A DNA stretch of 64,000 bases from Geosiphon pyriformis uo1 (taxonomy: Eukaryota; Fungi; Glomeromycota). Numbering within the stretch: position 1 is the stretch's first letter; every line of letters begins with the position of its first letter. The notes below the pieces were generated by a model that saw nothing but the letters and a program-made list of their open reading frames with translations, had not been told where the DNA came from and did not search any database. Shown here in pieces: positions 61,819 to 64,000 of the stretch. The stretch covers positions 372,001-436,000 of the forward strand of contig JAAOMT010000468.1 of assembly GCA_016748015.1 (NCBI GenBank). Reading direction: 5' to 3'. Made by a program: the position numbers and the translations under genes.

Positions 61819-64000
61819 CTCTTTGTATTTTTAATTTTATAATCATAACTAAAGCAAAAAGTAAAAAGACTATACCCATTGCTTTTTTATAATAACTAAT
61901 AAGGTTTCAATATGAAAGGGTCTTTCTATTATTGAAGCAGTTAAACATAATGTTTTGGCTATATTTTTCTTAGTTATTAATAGTAATAAGCTGTCTTTGG
62001 TGGTCACTGAAGTATCTTTCTCATCTTTAACTGGTTTTATACCAATCAAAGTTTTCTCAAAGAGATACATTTAGGTTAGTTTTAATGTTGTCTCTATTTT
62101 TTTCAAGAGCCCAAAAGTTTTTAATAACAGACCAGTTAACAAATTGGTTTTCTCTATCATAGCTTTTATATCTGGTGCTACTAGTACTACTTCTTTAAAC
62201 AAAATAGTCAAAAAAATCAAAGTTTCAAAAAAATAAGAACAGTTGTTTGTCTCTGCTATTGTTACACTAAACCTATTTGTGGTTTCAATTGGAATCTTAA
62301 ATAAAATTTCTATTGTTTCATTTGACATGTTATTTAAAATAGGTCAAGATTAACTACTGACTGTATTGCCAAATGTGGTGCTTTCCAGTAGATTTTTATT
62401 AGTTTTAGAAATAAAACAACTATCTTCTATTAAGTCATTTGTTCTTAGAAACTGGATTGATCAAATGGTAACTAAATCATTTTTTCTGGTTTTTGGTATT
62501 GTTGCTAATGGTACTTGGAAAACTATTACTAGTTGTTAAAAATTTACTGGATAAGTGACATCTACTTTAGTATCTAATGATACTTTCAAGATCAAATTGG
62601 TTTATGTTAAAGCTGTTTTTTAGTTTGTACATGGTTTTTTGGGTGCAAAGTCAATGTTAAAAGACAATATAAAGCTTTTTTGTATAGAATTTGCCTTTTA
62701 AAGTTCTTTGAATACAGTATTTTTAGTTAAATTTACAAGTTTTGTTTGCTTTGTTTCTCTTAAAATTGCCAAGTCTTTGGTGGTTTCTGAGTTTGGCTCT
62801 TTTTTTGCTACTGTTGTGCTGTATAATGTATTTTTAGATGTGTTGCTATTAATATTAAGACAGCTCTTAATGTTTTTGGTATAATTACTTATGTTGTGCT
62901 AAAGTTTATTAGTATTTGGCAATATATGGTAGTTTATTTTAAGAAGCTAGACTCTGTTGTATTTGTTTTAACTTATTGGTCAGTTTTGGTGGACAGAGAT
63001 AACATTAGAATTCTCTTTTTGATAAATCAAAATAAGACTATTTTGTCTTATAATAAGTTTAAGACCAAGTTGATTAATCTTTTTTTTGGATGTATAGCTT
63101 TTGAAATTAGTGATATGATTTTTTAGGTTGGTAGTTAAACATGTTTATTTTTTATTTTTCTGAATCTGGTTATCGTTTCCAATTTGTTTTGGTTATATTT
63201 GGTTTTCAGATTGACTTGGATGCTATAGTACTCAAGATTAGTATACTGAAAATATGTTGTATCTAATGAAAAACTCCTAAAAATTGGTGCTGTTTTCAGT
63301 GTTAAGATTTAGATTATCTGGCTTTGGATTATAAGATGTTTTTATCTCTCCTTCTTAAAACTTCCAAGGTGTTTACTTCTCATGTTATTAATAACAGGTT
63401 TTATGTTAAAGCTGCTGCTTCTGTGTTTTTATTGATTTCTAGTACTTTAGTTAATTCAGCTTTTTCTGCTAATATAATATCTGATAATTTTATGGTCTCT
63501 TTTTGGTTGATTTTTTTAGAATTAAAATTGGCCAAACTTTTTGTTTTAGTCAATTCTATTGTTAAGTCTGTTGGTTTTATGGTAAAAGTATTTAAACATT
63601 TATTAATGAAGACTTGGTTTTAAGTAGTGCTCTTGGTCTTAGGATTAATGAAGTTTTGATACATATAAGTTTCTTCAGCAAAGCTGTTGGTAAGCTAGAA
63701 CATAAAGTGATTGCTTTAAAAACTGAGTGTAACTATAAAGACATTGATATGTTTGGTTCTTATGTAAATTTGTTTTTTATTAATAATGATATATTTTCTA
63801 ATTTGATGTTATTTTGGAAACATAAATCTGTTGTTGTTAAGACTAATGCTTTTAAAATGACAGAGTAGTTGGTTGGTTTAGTTAATAATAGTGCTACATT
63901 GTTTAAAATTGTTCAAAAAATGTTTTTTTTGAGTAAGTTTTCTTCTGGAATATCAATATAATATAGCCTGAACTGGCTTAAGTAGCTAATTACATGTAGA
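61819..64000 (+). mobile_element. ORF1-only non-autonomous LINE-like element (copy W2); 3' UTR cut by the window end
   Basis: About 700-codon degenerate ORF1-like frame (RRM-like WQYMVVYF...YWSVLVDRDNIRI; eroded knuckle CFQC*DLDYLALDY near 63290). Stop at 63959-63961 is followed by tatagcctgaactggcttaagtagctaattacatgtaga, which aligns to the LINE 3' UTR. Confidence 0.8.

Overview
Eukaryotic (fungal) genomic DNA with spliceosomal introns. The expanded Sel1-repeat genes and transposon families suggest Glomeromycotina, possibly Geosiphon-like (inference). A gene island at about 16.8-32.2 kb holds a DUF4050/Gag1-clamp gene, a Sel1-repeat gene, NIPSNAP, mannose-6-phosphate isomerase, a divergent CDC45 with two MCB boxes, and a Sel1-repeat gene with one nonsense codon. 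It is flanked by two clusters of non-LTR retrotransposons. Five decayed LINE copies (A-E), all retaining their 5' ends, carry ORF1 (RRM-like + CCHC) and ORF2 (APE endonuclease, RT, RNase H, zinc finger). Two copies of an ORF1-only element join the ORF1 stop directly to the same LINE 3' UTR (HAL1-like, non-autonomous). A further 'ghost' LINE is hidden in the AT-rich desert at 14.3-15.8 kb. Four TG...CA solo-LTR-like inserts with 4-bp TSDs are nested in LINE-family DNA. Most notable: the ORF1-only partner family, ORF1/ORF2 module swapping at a conserved AUGA stop/start junction, a shared structured 3' UTR, strongly directional C->T/G->A erosion of repeats, and a 77-bp micro-inversion. All alignments and folds were done by eye; no searches were run.
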